Origin: an uncultured candidate division Zixibacteria bacterium
Lineage (GTDB): Bacteria; Zixibacteria; MSB-5A5; GN15; FEB-12
Length of the DNA: 64,000 bases
Direction of reading: 5' to 3'
Assembly: GCA_963664195.1 (NCBI GenBank)
Contig: OY760907.1
Coordinates: 3,584,001-3,648,000 of the forward strand
The position numbers were made by a program, and so were the translations under genes. Shown here piece after piece: positions 1 through 10,725 of this stretch (position 1 is the first letter of the stretch; every line of letters starts with the position of its first letter). Under the pieces are notes generated by a model. It ran no database searches. It saw nothing but the letters and a program-made list of their open reading frames with translations, and was not told the origin of the DNA.

Positions 1-2
1 TA

Positions 3-3000
3 GCAATCACCGTGGCCGCTGCGGGGTTGAGCTATATCGCAATCGCGCCGGATTCGGCTGTTGTCAGTGCCGATTCCACGCAGCAGTTCACTGTGCAGGG
101 ATACGATTCTGAAGGATACGCAACCGACGCCGGCAACCTGACCTGGGGCTTGACAGCCACACTTGGCACGATAGATTCCGCCGGTTTGTTTGATGCAACG
201 ACAGTCGGTTCGGGGAAAGTGACGGTAACGTCCGACCTCGGCCCCGTAGACACCAGTGCCTATCTGGAAGTGATCCCCGGCGATCTGGCAATCCTGTCGG
301 TCTCACCGGACTCGGCCCGCGTCGGGGTGGGTGACACCGTCCTGTTCAGCGCCGTCGGGCATGATGCCGACGCTAATGTCACCGACTACGGTTCACTTAC
401 ATGGAAAGCAATCGGCCGGGTAGGTGATGTCGACGCCTCGGGCATGTTCATTGCGGACAAACCGGGTGCCGGTCGCGTGGCCGCAACCAGCAGCATCGCT
501 GCATTGGCAGATACTTCGGCCATAATAGACGTCGAAGAACTCGTCATCACTCCGATCGCGCTAGGCAACACGACTATCTCGCCCGGCCAGAGTTCTGCTC
601 TGGTGATGGCCTTCAGGATTGAGAACTATTTTGACAGCGCAAAAACCCTCACCCAGGTGACTGTTCGTGATGCCTCACAAGGGGCCGGAGATGCTGACGA
701 CCTGCTGACGAACATTGAAACGGCATCGCTCTATCTGGACGTCGACAACGACTCCTTGTTGTCTGCCAGTGACAGCCTGATAGCAACGGGTACCTACGCG
801 GCGACTACAGATCTGAGTTTCGCCGCACTCGAAATCACGTCCGGGACTGGCACGACTTTCTTTGTCGCTGTGGATGCCTCACAGTATCCTCGCGATGGTG
901 ATTCAGCCGACGTGTTTGTCAATCCGGCAACCGATATACAGACGTCCGATGGAACAATCGTGGCTGGCCCCGCAAGTCTCAATTCGCTGGGCTACGGATT
1001 GTTCGACGGGCTGATAGCGTCACAGTTAGGTGTGGCTGCTACCGGCGCCTCGACAATCACTTCGGATGGCGAACGCCACCACGTTTTCTCCCTTGACGTG
1101 CCGCGCAACGGATATGCTGAAGACACACTTGAGGTCGTAAGTCTGCTGTCAGTCGGCACCGCCACGCCTTCAGACCTGGCAGGCCTGTACCTCTATCTGG
1201 ACGACGGCAACAATCTATGGGATACGCCTTCGGGCGAGACCTATCTGGGGCAGCTCGTTTACACCGGCAGCCAATGGATAGCCAGCGGACTGATTGCACC
1301 CATGACAGAACCGATGAATCGCATTTACGTCGCTGCCCTGCTGGCAGAATTCCCGACTAACGGCGCCACGCTCGCCTTTGCAGTACCACCAAATGGCCTC
1401 CAGATGACGTCGCAAAACGACGGCCCCCTGGACGTCGCCACTGTTCCCGCGGACACCGCCACGATTCAGACCGTCGAGGAGCTCATCCTGAGTGCCGCCA
1501 CGATTCCGACTCGGACACTTGTTCCGGGTGAATCCGCAGGTCCGGTACTGGGTCTGGAGTTCTTGAACAGCTATGTAGCATCGTCGACTCTGGACAGCCT
1601 CAGACTGGACCTCATTGCAATTGATCCCCACGGCGCGACGCAAGCCCAACTGGATAGTCAAATCGACAGTCTGGTACTCTACGTTGACAATGACGGTGAT
1701 ATCACAGAGGTGGGGCCAACAGACTCACGAATATCCACTGCCGTACTTGACAATGGGACCGCAGTGTTCACTACCGGCGGTGTTACAATCGCCGGTAGTG
1801 GAGATGTTACGACGTTATTCGTCGTCCCGTTCCTCAGCGCTCAGAACGCGCGTAACGGAAATTCCATCAACCTCAGTTTGATTGAAGCCGGCAGCGTTTA
1901 CCTCACGGGCGGTATGACAGTCGAGGGTGCATTCCCGCTTAGCAACGCCACCGGCTTTGAGATCGACGCCTTCCCGGCCGCGCTGCTGCCGCTTGATGCC
2001 ATGGAAAGCCACACGTACTTCGGAGGCCAGACCGAATGTCTGCTGATGTCGTTCCGCCTGCCTGGAGACGGTTACGCCCCGGGCACGCTTGAGTCACTCA
2101 GGCTGCGAAATGTCGCGTCGCTGGACCCGACCGAAGCTCTGACAGCCGTCAGACTTCGACACGATTTGAACGGCAATGGCCCGGACGGGACCGATCCTCT
2201 CGTAGGGACCTTTGAGCCCAGGATGGGCGAATGGCTCATGGAACATCAGGCCTATGCGCTTCCGGCCGAGGGTGGCGCGTTCTATGTCACCGCCGACGTC
2301 GCCAGCACACAGTTCGAAGGTGGTGTGCTGAACCCGCAGATACCTGTCGGCGGCGTGGTGTACGGCTCCGGCACCAACGGACCGGACGATCTACCCGTGT
2401 CAAGCACGGCCGCGCATCTGGTCTTCCCGTCGGATCGAATCACGGTCATTTCGATTCCGTCCGCCACAACCACCGTGGCACCGGGTTCAGTTGGCAACCC
2501 GATGCTGACTTTTGCGCTTTACAACGGCTATCGGGACGAGCAGCAAACTCTGCGGGCCTTGAAGTTGACGAATATCTCACGTTCACTATCTACGCAGGAA
2601 TTCGCAGACAGCGAACTCGGCCAGCTATCTTTGTATTTCGACGAAAACAACGACCGCATTCTCGATGGCGACCCGCTGGTCGGCGGCGGACGATTCGCCG
2701 ACGCCAGCCTTCGCATGAGCGGCTTGAGTGTCGATCTCGCGCCCGAATCACTGTCGTACTTTTTTGTGCAAATCGATGTGCCGACTACCGTTATCGATTC
2801 CGACAGCCTGGCCGTTGAGATATCGGGGCCGTCTGACCTGTCCTTCTCGCAGTCTGTCAACGTCAACGGCGATCTTCCCTTGACCAGCAGCGGTTACCTT
2901 GTATGCGACGGTTCGGTGGTCGAGCAGTACAAACTGGTTCCGCTCACACCGCGAACGCTGTCCCCTGGCGATACCTCGGTTACGCTTTTCGGCTTCAAGC

Positions 3001-6000
3001 CTGCCTTCAACGGTGATCAGGCCGACGTATTGCAGTCGCTGCGAATTGAGAACACAGAGACAGCCGACGGTGATGATTTCCCCTCGGTCGATCTGTGGAC
3101 AGATATGAACGGCGACGGGATATGGCAGCCCTCGGATTCGCTCCTGGGGGCATTTGCCTACTCCGGCGGCGGTTGGACCATTAGTAGTCTTGGGTTGCCT
3201 GTCGACGAGACCCCGCCGACCTTGTTCATGATCGCTGATGTATCCACAACGGCGACTCCCGATGCTGCTTTCCGGGGTCGCGTGCCGTTAAACGGGTGTA
3301 CATTTGCATCGGCCAACGACGGACCTCGCGACGTGGCGTTGACAACCACGATCACATTCACGATTTCCGATCTCGGACTGGGACTGGCATACACTCAACT
3401 TCAGGAATCGTATTCCGTGGGCCAGACAATCGAGCTGCGCATGCAAGTGTCCAACCTTCTTTCCGATCCCATTGCAGATGTGTACGGCATCGTACTCGAC
3501 ATATCAGATTCGACAGCTGTGGCTCTGGACAGTGCGAACTCCGGCCCCTCTCCTCTGGCTGCTGGAGGAACTGCCGAATTCGTTTACTACTACACGGCTC
3601 TGCAGCCAGGCTCTGTTCGCTGGCATGTCCGCGCCACTGCGCCCGGCGTACCGGATTCATCGGCGTTGATCCAGACGGTTGCTGTAAACATACAGGCCGT
3701 TCCACACAATGTGCCGCTGAGCCTAATTAACTCCGTCCCCACGTCAGTTACAAAAGGTCAGGCCAATCTGTTCCCGGTCAGTATTGTGTTTGTCCACCCG
3801 GACACGGCACAGTCCGCGGCGTCTCTGAGGCTAAACAGCCTGCGATTGCGAGTTGAGGATGCCGAGGGCACGCCGATAAATGCTAGTTCGGTCTTCAATC
3901 AACTGATACTCGCAGCCGGATATTACATTCAGTATGTTTCCGATGAGCCGCCAGACTCACCGTATATGACGATGGACTTCGTCGAGCCGCTGATTGCAGT
4001 TCCCGGTCAATCGACTTCGCTGTCGCTTCTTGTGGGAATCGCCGCCGATGCCACCGCGTCCAGTTTCGCGATAACGCTGGAAGCTGCCTCGGATATCCCG
4101 CTTTTGGACAACAACACGCTGCTCCCGGTCGGCATTGATTCCGGTGTGACCTTCCCGTTGACGTCGGCCTCGTCACGCATTGACGACCCATCGCAGAACA
4201 TGGCTGTCTCGTCCCAGTCCATCGCCGGCGACAAAGTCAATCTCGGACAGGAAGATGTTGAGATGCTGAGACTGCGGCTCCGCCATCCGGGAGGAAGCAG
4301 CACTTCGCAAATTCAGTTCTCGGCCTTGTCCCTGCAGTTGCTGGACAACAGTGACAGTCCCCTGAGAGGCGCTGACATCTGTCGGAGCATTCGGCTTACC
4401 AAGGGTTCGTTTGTCATTGGCGAACTGTCCGGGGCAAACTTGACCTCGACGAGTTTGGATATGCCGCTCAATTCACCGGTGACACTGAACCCCGGTGAGA
4501 CAGACTCGGTGATGATAGAACTCACACTGATCGAGAACTCTCCGGAGCCAGGATTCAAGATAAGCATCTCAGACAGCACTTGCTTCACAGTGCGGGATCT
4601 CAGCTCCGGCTCGACTCTGGACGTCGTAACTGACGAAAGCTTTGTCTCGTCGGGCTCGGCGTTCCCCATCATCTCAGGATGGGTGGCAATCACCAGACCG
4701 GCCAGTACTGTTTCGTACTGTCTCTCTTCGTCCCTTCCCGACGCCATTATCGGTGGTATCGACGAACTCAACATGATCGATATTCAGTTGTCGTATGAGG
4801 CTTCATCCGAGTATTCTCCGGTCCGGATCGAGCACGTTTCGGTGCATGTCACGGACTCTTCGGGGGCACCGTTGGATGCAACAGACTTGTTCGACAGGGT
4901 GGCAACACGCATCGACGACAACTCGGCTGTATTCCTGCCGTTTATACAAATGGCCGCCGGTGCTGTGGTGTTCGATCTACCGGACGGTGGTCTGGTACTC
5001 AATCCCGGCGACGCCGTGGACATCGGTCTGGTGGCAGACATTGAGGCCGACGTCCCGTTCGATCACTTCGTCCTGACCGTGGCGCCGGCCGGAGCAATTG
5101 CAGTTGTCGATGTTACCGATACCACCAGCCATCCGGGACTCATCGCGGCTGCCGGCTGCACAAATGCGTCGTCTTTCGACACGCCCGCAACACAGGTATT
5201 CCTGCCAGCCGGCAGACCTACGATCACGGTCGAACCGTACGTTACTCAAATAGCGTTCCCGGGGCAGTCGAACCTGGACATTCTGAGCAGCCAGTTGTCG
5301 TATGACAACCTGACCCAACAGGGAACGATAGCGGTACACAGTATGCTCGTAGAGACGCTCAAGCGTACCGAGTCCGGGTTGGCCCCTACACCGGCGGCCT
5401 CAGTATTCAGCGCGGTGCGCCTCATATCCGGCGAACAACTAATAGCCACTGACTCCGTGTTCGCAGGCGACAGTGTTCGATTGATAATAGATGAAGCACT
5501 CGACCTCAAACCGGGCACGGCAAACGAGATATCACTCGTTGTTGACATCAATCCGGCAGCAACAATTGGAAACTACCTCGTGCGACTGGGAGACTCAACC
5601 TGCATCTCTTTGACAGACAAGAACCTGCTCACCGCCGTTTATCCTGTCATGCCCGCCGGTTCAGTCTGGCCCGTCCTTGGCACGGAGATTTCGATATCCG
5701 AGTCCAATCTCGAACACTCGTTCACGAATTACCCGAACCCGTTTAATCCGTCGCTGGGAGACTCGACTGTGATCGGCTACGTGCTGCCTGAAGACGCCCG
5801 GCTCGACATCGAGTTGTTCACGATAACGGGCGAGTTAGTGAAAGAAGTCGCCCGCGACGCCTTCCGCGAAGCCGGTGCCCACCACGATGACATCTGGCTT
5901 GGTAGCAACGACGCAGGTCTCGAGGTCATTCCGGGAACATACTTCTGCCGTATTACCGCCCGGTTCATATCCGGCCGCACGGAATCGTACAGAAGAAAGA

Positions 6001-6017
6001 TAGCGGTGATCCGATGA
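3..6017 (+). CDS. Giant secreted/surface protein (5'-truncated): Ig-like repeats, repeated Ca-binding-like beta domains, C-terminal T9SS/FlgD-Ig sorting domain
   Basis: Frame is open to the window edge (>2000 aa). Repeated LY.D.D.D/N motifs. C-terminus FTNYPNPFNP...IGYVLPEDARLDIELFTITGELVKEV...W.G.ND.G..V.PGTYFCRI. Confidence 0.85.
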   Translation, partial: AITVAAAGLSYIAIAPDSAVVSADSTQQFTVQGYDSEGYATDAGNLTWGLTATLGTIDSAGLFDATTVGSGKVTVTSDLGPVDTSAYLEVIPGDLAILSVSPDSARVGVGDTVLFSAVGHDADANVTDYGSLTWKAIGRVGDVDASGMFIADKPGAGRVAATSSIAALADTSAIIDVEELVITPIALGNTTISPGQSSALVMAFRIENYFDSAKTLTQVTVRDASQGAGDADDLLTNIETASLYLDVDNDSLLSASDSLIATGTYAATTDLSFAALEITSGTGTTFFVAVDASQYPRDGDSADVFVNPATDIQTSDGTIVAGPASLNSLGYGLFDGLIASQLGVAATGASTITSDGERHHVFSLDVPRNGYAEDTLEVVSLLSVGTATPSDLAGLYLYLDDGNNLWDTPSGETYLGQLVYTGSQWIASGLIAPMTEPMNRIYVAALLAEFPTNGATLAFAVPPNGLQMTSQNDGPLDVATVPADTATIQTVEELILSAATIPTRTLVPGESAGPVLGLEFLNSYVASSTLDSLRLDLIAIDPHGATQAQLDSQIDSLVLYVDNDGDITEVGPTDSRISTAVLDNGTAVFTTGGVTIAGSGDVTTLFVVPFLSAQNARNGNSINLSLIEAGSVYLTGGMTVEGAFPLSNATGFEIDAFPAALLPLDAMESHTYFGGQTECLLMSFRLPGDGYAPGTLESLRLRNVASLDPTEALTAVRLRHDLNGNGPDGTDPLVGTFEPRMGEWLMEHQAYALPAEGGAFYVTADVASTQFEGGVLNPQIPVGGVVYGSGTNGPDDLPVSSTAAHLVFPSDRITVISIPSATTTVAPGSVGNPMLTFALYNGYRDEQQTLRALKLTNISRSLSTQEFADSELGQLSLYFDENNDRILDGDPLVGGGRFADASLRMSGLSVDLAPESLSYFFVQIDVPTTVIDSDSLAVEISGPSDLSFSQSVNVNGDLPLTSSGYLVCDGSVVEQYKLVPLTPRTLSPGDTSVTLFGFKPAFNGDQADVLQSLRIENTETADGDDFPSVDLWTDMNGDGIWQPSDSLLGAFAYSGGGWTISSLGLPVDETPPTLFMIADVSTTATPDAAFRGRVPLNGCTFASANDGPRDVALTTTITFTISDLGLGLAYTQLQESYSVGQTIELRMQVSNLLSDPIADVYGIVLDISDSTAVALDSANSGPSPLAAGGTAEFVYYYTALQPGSVRWHVRATAPGVPDSSALIQTVAVNIQAVPHNVPLSLINSVPTSVTKGQANLFPVSIVFVHPDTAQSAASLRLNSLRLRVEDAEGTPINASSVFNQLILAAGYYIQYVSDEPPDSPYMTMDFVEPLIAVPGQSTSLSLLVGIAADATASSFAITLEAASDIPLLDNNTLLPVGIDSGVTFPLTSASSRIDDPSQNMAVSSQSIAGDKVNLGQEDVEMLRLRLRHPGGSSTSQIQFSALSLQLLDNSDSPLRGADICRSIRLTKGSFVIGELSGANLTSTSLDMPLNSPVTLNPGETDSVMIELTLIENSPEPGFKISISDSTCFTVRDLSSGSTLDVVTDESFVSSGSAFPIISGWVAITRPASTVSYCLSSSLPDAIIGGIDELNMIDIQLSYEASSEYSPVRIEHVSVHVTDSSGAPLDATDLFDRVATRIDDNSAVFLPFIQMAAGAVVFDLPDGGLVLNPGDAVDIGLVADIEADVPFDHFVLTVAPAGAIAVVDVTDTTSHPGLIAAAGCTNASSFDTPATQVFLPAGRPTITVEPYVTQIAFPGQSNLDILSSQLSYDNLTQQGTIAVHSMLVETLKRTESGLAPTPAASVFSAVRLISGEQLIATDSVFAGDSVRLIIDEALDLKPGTANEISLVVDINPAATIGNYLVRLGDSTCISLTDKNLLTAVYPVMPAGSVWPVLGTEISISESNLEHSFTNYPNPFNPSLGDSTVIGYVLPEDARLDIELFTITGELVKEVARDAFREAGAHHDDIWLGSNDAGLEVIPGTYFCRITARFISGRTESYRRKIAVIR

Positions 6018-8026
6018 CACACCTGAAGATTGCCATATTCGTTTCGTTATTGTTTGGGGGTAGCGTGTTTGCCCAGGGTGACGGCGGCACGACCTCTCCG
6101 TTTGCCTTTGGAGCCGGGGCTCGGGATCTATCCCTCGGCGGAGCTGACATGGCCGGAAGCGATGCGACCACCGCCCCGTTCTGGAACCCTGCCCGGCTGG
6201 TCGACGCCCAATACGTGGCCCTCAGCGGGTTCCATTGCAGCCTGTATGAATCAGACGTCGCGTATCAGTATCTCGGGATTGTCATGCCCACGCTAGATTT
6301 CGGCACGTTCGGCATGGGCGTTTTCCGACTGGGAGTAAGTGGCATTGAAAAACGCGATGCGGGTAACGTGTTGCTTGGTGAAATCGATGACAGCCGACTG
6401 GCGATTTATCTGGCCTACGGACGCCAGATGTCCGGCATTGATTTTGGTATCGCCGCCACGCTTGAACATCACTCGCTTGACAGCTACAAGTCAACGTCCT
6501 CGCCCGGGATCAACCTGGCGGCCAGTCGTCGATATGAACCTGCGCTCGGCTTCGTGGACCACGTGACAATCGCGGCGATGGGTCGAAATATCGTCAGCCC
6601 GTCCATGGACCTGGTTGCAGAATCAGTGCAGCAACCGTTTGGTTTCGAGACCGGCATCACGGTGGGGCTGATTCCGAAGTCCGACTGGGATCAACAGGTG
6701 ACGCTCTCGGCCAGACTACTGAAGAGCGAGTCGATTGATCCCCGCCTGGCGGTCGGTCTGGAGTATTCGTTTAATCGGCTCCTGCAGCTTCGGGCAGGCA
6801 TTCGCGAAAGCAAGGCGTCGTTCGGTGTCGGCCTCGAGTACCGGGCGCTGAACTTCGACTACGCCCTGGTAGATCGCGATCTGGGTTCTCTGCACATGTT
6901 CACGCTCACCACATCGTTTGGACAGTCTGTAAACGATCGCCGCGTAGAGCGTGATACACAGCGTGAAAACGACTTTAACTCGCTGATGCAGGATCGGCTG
7001 ACAGACCGCAACAGAGAAACTGTCACGCAGATGGCGCAAGATGGCGAGAGACTTCTTGGTGAGGGCGATCTGCTCGAGGCTGCCAACAGTCTTGACCGTG
7101 CTCTTTTCCTTGCCAGGGCCAACGAGATGGACACGCTGCACATTCACGATCTGCTGGCAGAAACAAACGATCGTCTCGAAGAAGTTCGGAAGAAGGTTCG
7201 ATTCTCGGACAATCTGGCAACAGCTAGATCGCATCTTAAGTCTGACGACTTCCTGACTGCGGCCCATTTCGCCCGCCTGGCCCTTGAAGACTCTCCCAAC
7301 TCTCCGGAGGCAACCCTTGTGCTCGAAACCGCCGAAGCCGCCGCTGATGAGACGGAGGCTCGTGACCAGATGATCGAAACGCGTCTTGCCGAGGTCGATT
7401 CGCTTCTGAGCTACGGCTTTGTTGATGAGGCACTGGCCGCCGTCCGGACTCTCAGAGATTACGCTGACAATTCGGCCAGTATCAGACTCGCCATTAAACG
7501 GGTTGAGTTTGAGCACTGGCGCGAAGTTGCCTCCGCCGCACTCGACCGCAACGACTTGACCGCCGCGATGACAGCACTCGATACGGCCCTGACCCTCTTC
7601 CCCAACCACCGGGGACTGAAAGACGTTCGCGCCAGGGTGGCGGCCGACCTGCGGCAGCCGGTGGCAGAAGTCGCACCGGTCATCGCGCCCGAGCCTGAAC
7701 CGCTCAGCGCCTCCATGGTAAGGGAAATCGAGGCCACCGGGAAGATTGCGCAGGAGGCGTTCGAAAAGGGCGATCTGGAGCGTGCCATTGCCAACTGGGA
7801 GAAGGTTGAGCGCCTCGCACCCGACTACCAGAACGTCAGGACATATCTGGTCAACGCGTACAAGTATGTCGGTATCGAACAATACGGTCAGAACCAGCTC
7901 CATGAAGCCGTGGCCACCTGGGGCAAAGCAGCGGCGCTTGATCCGGACAACGCGGAAATCGCCGATTACCTCAAGCGCACCAAGAACGAAATCGTGAAGC
8001 TGCGGGAGTTGACATATGAGCAGTAA
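6014..8026 (+). CDS. PorV/PorQ-family outer-membrane barrel fused to C-terminal TPR/coiled-coil region
   Basis: Signal peptide; GAGARDLSLGGA...FWNPARL motif; beta strands to about aa 300; helical TPR-like C-terminus; ATGA overlap with upstream gene. Confidence 0.8.
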   Translation: MTHLKIAIFVSLLFGGSVFAQGDGGTTSPFAFGAGARDLSLGGADMAGSDATTAPFWNPARLVDAQYVALSGFHCSLYESDVAYQYLGIVMPTLDFGTFGMGVFRLGVSGIEKRDAGNVLLGEIDDSRLAIYLAYGRQMSGIDFGIAATLEHHSLDSYKSTSSPGINLAASRRYEPALGFVDHVTIAAMGRNIVSPSMDLVAESVQQPFGFETGITVGLIPKSDWDQQVTLSARLLKSESIDPRLAVGLEYSFNRLLQLRAGIRESKASFGVGLEYRALNFDYALVDRDLGSLHMFTLTTSFGQSVNDRRVERDTQRENDFNSLMQDRLTDRNRETVTQMAQDGERLLGEGDLLEAANSLDRALFLARANEMDTLHIHDLLAETNDRLEEVRKKVRFSDNLATARSHLKSDDFLTAAHFARLALEDSPNSPEATLVLETAEAAADETEARDQMIETRLAEVDSLLSYGFVDEALAAVRTLRDYADNSASIRLAIKRVEFEHWREVASAALDRNDLTAAMTALDTALTLFPNHRGLKDVRARVAADLRQPVAEVAPVIAPEPEPLSASMVREIEATGKIAQEAFEKGDLERAIANWEKVERLAPDYQNVRTYLVNAYKYVGIEQYGQNQLHEAVATWGKAAALDPDNAEIADYLKRTKNEIVKLRELTYEQ

Positions 8027-9605
8027 CCAGACAACGCCACAGCCAGACAGCTGGCCGGAAGCGGGCCAGTTTCGTCGTTCAATCCGTCTCGAGTTCTCAC
8101 TCTACGTCGCGGCACTCATTCTGGCGTTGATGATGATTACCGGCTATGTATTGAAGGAGAAGTATGTCGAGACCGTCACGCGCGATGTTGTCGACAAGAT
8201 TCTCGTTCAGGCCCGCTCATTCTCCGGGAATGCCGGCAAACACATCATGTCGGCCGATGCCTTGATGCTGAACAACGTGTGCAAGAAGCTCGCCAGTGAC
8301 AATACCGATGTCTATTGGGCGGGCATTTCCGGTCCGGATGATGTCCTCCTTGCTCATACCGATATCCGGCAGGTGATGGCCTCTGCCAGACTCACTCCGC
8401 AGAGCGGTCCCGGGTTCGGCGAAATTCTGAGGCCGGAAGAGACTTTTGCGTCGCGCGGCGACACTATTTTCATTACGATCCCGATTAAGGAGAACGATCT
8501 TCTCCTGGGCCGACTGGGCGTGGCCTCCTCGCGGCGTCAAATTCACGAAGCCCGCGCGGCCACATTGACAACCGTGGCATCGGTGACAGCGCTGATGATA
8601 CTCATCGGTCTGCCGATCATGACGTTGGCGCTTAGTAGAAAGCTCCGCCCGATCAGCGTGATTACCAACAGCTTGAAGAACATCAGCGTTGACGATCTGA
8701 CAATTGACATTCCGTTGTCGAGCAAGAACGAATTCGGATATCTCGCTGAAACTCTTCGTGTCATGGGCTCCCGACTGAACACCGCTCAGCAAGAGCGTCT
8801 TGAAAACGAACGGATCACCCGTGAATTGGAAATCGCCCGCGAGATCCAGGCAAGCATCCTTCCCCGTTCCTATCCCCATACGGAACTAGTGGAGTTTGCA
8901 GGCACGTATCAGAGTGCTCGTGAAGTGGGTGGCGATTACTACGATTTCATCGAGTTTGACGAGAACCGACTGGCCTTCCTGGTTGCCGACGTATCCGGCA
9001 AGTCGCTGCCGGGCATGCTGGTCATGCTGCTGACCCGCGACATGGTTCGCCAGTACACCCGTACAATCCAGCCCCCCGCCACGATATTGTCTGAGGTTAA
9101 TCGAGATCTCTCAGGAAGTATCAAGAAAGGCATGTTTGTCACGATGTTTTTGGGCCTGCTGGATCAGCGGACCGGACAATTCGATTTCGCTTCCGCAGGG
9201 CACAACCCGCTAATTCGCGTCGATGGTGAAACCGGCGCGACAGAAGAATTGAAAACCAAAGGGTATCCTCTGGGCATGCTGCCCGCGGGACCATTCGACA
9301 AACGCATCGAAAGCGGCTCACTGATTCTCTCGAAAAACGACTGGCTGGTGCAATACACGGACGGGATCAACGAGGCACAAAACGAGTCGGCCGAGGAGTA
9401 CGGAATGGAAAGATTCCTCGAAGAATTACACAATCACCACGCTCAGTCCCCGGAAAACCTGATTTCGGGTGTTCTTCGGCAACACCGGCAGTTTGTCGGG
9501 GAGGCTCCACAATACGATGATATCACGTTGCTGGCGATGAAGTGGAACGGCCTGACGGTCGATAATAACAGTAACGTTCACTCAGAGGTGATTCATGCAG
9601 GTTAA
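8016..9605 (+). CDS. Membrane PP2C/SpoIIE (RsbU-like) phosphatase with periplasmic sensor and HAMP domain
   Basis: Two TM helices, HAMP (NEFGYLAE), ELEIAREIQ, VGGDYYD, ADVSGK, AGHNP, YTDG, DDIT. Confidence 0.92.
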   Translation: MSSNQTTPQPDSWPEAGQFRRSIRLEFSLYVAALILALMMITGYVLKEKYVETVTRDVVDKILVQARSFSGNAGKHIMSADALMLNNVCKKLASDNTDVYWAGISGPDDVLLAHTDIRQVMASARLTPQSGPGFGEILRPEETFASRGDTIFITIPIKENDLLLGRLGVASSRRQIHEARAATLTTVASVTALMILIGLPIMTLALSRKLRPISVITNSLKNISVDDLTIDIPLSSKNEFGYLAETLRVMGSRLNTAQQERLENERITRELEIAREIQASILPRSYPHTELVEFAGTYQSAREVGGDYYDFIEFDENRLAFLVADVSGKSLPGMLVMLLTRDMVRQYTRTIQPPATILSEVNRDLSGSIKKGMFVTMFLGLLDQRTGQFDFASAGHNPLIRVDGETGATEELKTKGYPLGMLPAGPFDKRIESGSLILSKNDWLVQYTDGINEAQNESAEEYGMERFLEELHNHHAQSPENLISGVLRQHRQFVGEAPQYDDITLLAMKWNGLTVDNNSNVHSEVIHAG

Positions 9606-10359
9606 GGCGAAAGAAGCACGGCGCATAGTGGTGCCTGCCGATCTTTCACCGGAAAAGGTCGAAGACTTCGACGCCAGTGTTGCTCGATTAATAGAGCAAA
9701 ATCCACATACACTGATGCTCGATTGCACGGCCCTGACTCAGGTGACATCGAGTCATGTCAATATGCTTTGGCGCACCCATCTGGTCGGCTCAGATGCCGG
9801 AGTTGCCGTGAAGCTGGCCTCAGCGCCGGACGGTTTGGTTCGTGTGCTGAAGGCGCTGGATTTGTACGAGTTGTTTTCTGGAACCGGCGAAACGCAGAGG
9901 ATCAGCATTCCAAAGCTCCCTCCGTCGGCGCCAGCCAGATCTACTGAGGCGTATTGCGACAGCTTCTGCTGCAACGTGGAGAGCATGAATGCCGCCCAGG
10001 CCAAGTTCCTGGATTTTCTCGACAAGATACAGGCACCCGACATAATCGGGTTTGAGTTGCGGACCATTTTTCACGAGGTCACGAGCAACATATACACCTA
10101 CGCCGCCCTGACGCCGGAGAGTATGATCAAGTTGCAGGCGCACTCTGGACCTGACAAGATCACGCTGACGTTTGTAGACAGCGGCAGTTTTTTCGACCCG
10201 ACCTCCAAACCGGCCGAGATTGACTTCGCTGAAGCAGCCCGCACAGGCCAGAAACGAGGATTCGGCATTGCCATGCTGCACAAGCTGACGGACAACATGG
10301 CCTACTGTCGCAGGGATGGATGTGTCAACGAACTGACCGTGGAAAAGAACTGGAGTTAA
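9595..10359 (+). CDS. STAS + anti-sigma HATPase (RsbV-RsbW-like) fusion
   Basis: N-terminal STAS (LDCTALTQVTSS); C-terminal EVTSNI...DSG..FDP...RGFGIAML. Confidence 0.85.
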   Translation: MQVKAKEARRIVVPADLSPEKVEDFDASVARLIEQNPHTLMLDCTALTQVTSSHVNMLWRTHLVGSDAGVAVKLASAPDGLVRVLKALDLYELFSGTGETQRISIPKLPPSAPARSTEAYCDSFCCNVESMNAAQAKFLDFLDKIQAPDIIGFELRTIFHEVTSNIYTYAALTPESMIKLQAHSGPDKITLTFVDSGSFFDPTSKPAEIDFAEAARTGQKRGFGIAMLHKLTDNMAYCRRDGCVNELTVEKNWS

Positions 10360-10721
10360 TGAACGTGGAAGCGCACAGCATAACGCAACGCACCCTCAAC
10401 GATGACACCATAATCATCAGCCCCGGAAAAACGCTGGACAACAATAACGCCCACGAAATGGTGGACGTAATAACGTCTGCCCAGTCCAGAGGGTTCAAGT
10501 ACTTGATCGTGGATATGACCGTTGTCGAATTCCTCTCTTCCTCAGGGGTCGGGTCTATTCTCGGAACGGTCGAAGTGTCGCGCGAACTCGGTGGGGATAT
10601 CATACTCTGCAACCTATCAGAGACGGTGGCTCATGTCTTCGACGTTCTTGACCTCACTGATTATCTCACCATAAGAACAAGTGAAAAGGAAGCCGCCGAA
10701 GTTTGCGGCGTGAATCTGTAA
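10359..10721 (+). CDS. STAS-domain anti-sigma-factor antagonist
   Basis: TAATG overlap with upstream stop; IVDMTVVEFLSSSGVGSIL motif. Confidence 0.9.
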   Translation: MNVEAHSITQRTLNDDTIIISPGKTLDNNNAHEMVDVITSAQSRGFKYLIVDMTVVEFLSSSGVGSILGTVEVSRELGGDIILCNLSETVAHVFDVLDLTDYLTIRTSEKEAAEVCGVNL

Positions 10722-10725
10722 TACT

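Noticed and set aside
6716..7903. 395-aa minus-strand ORF
   Set aside because: Antisense shadow of the PorV-TPR gene.
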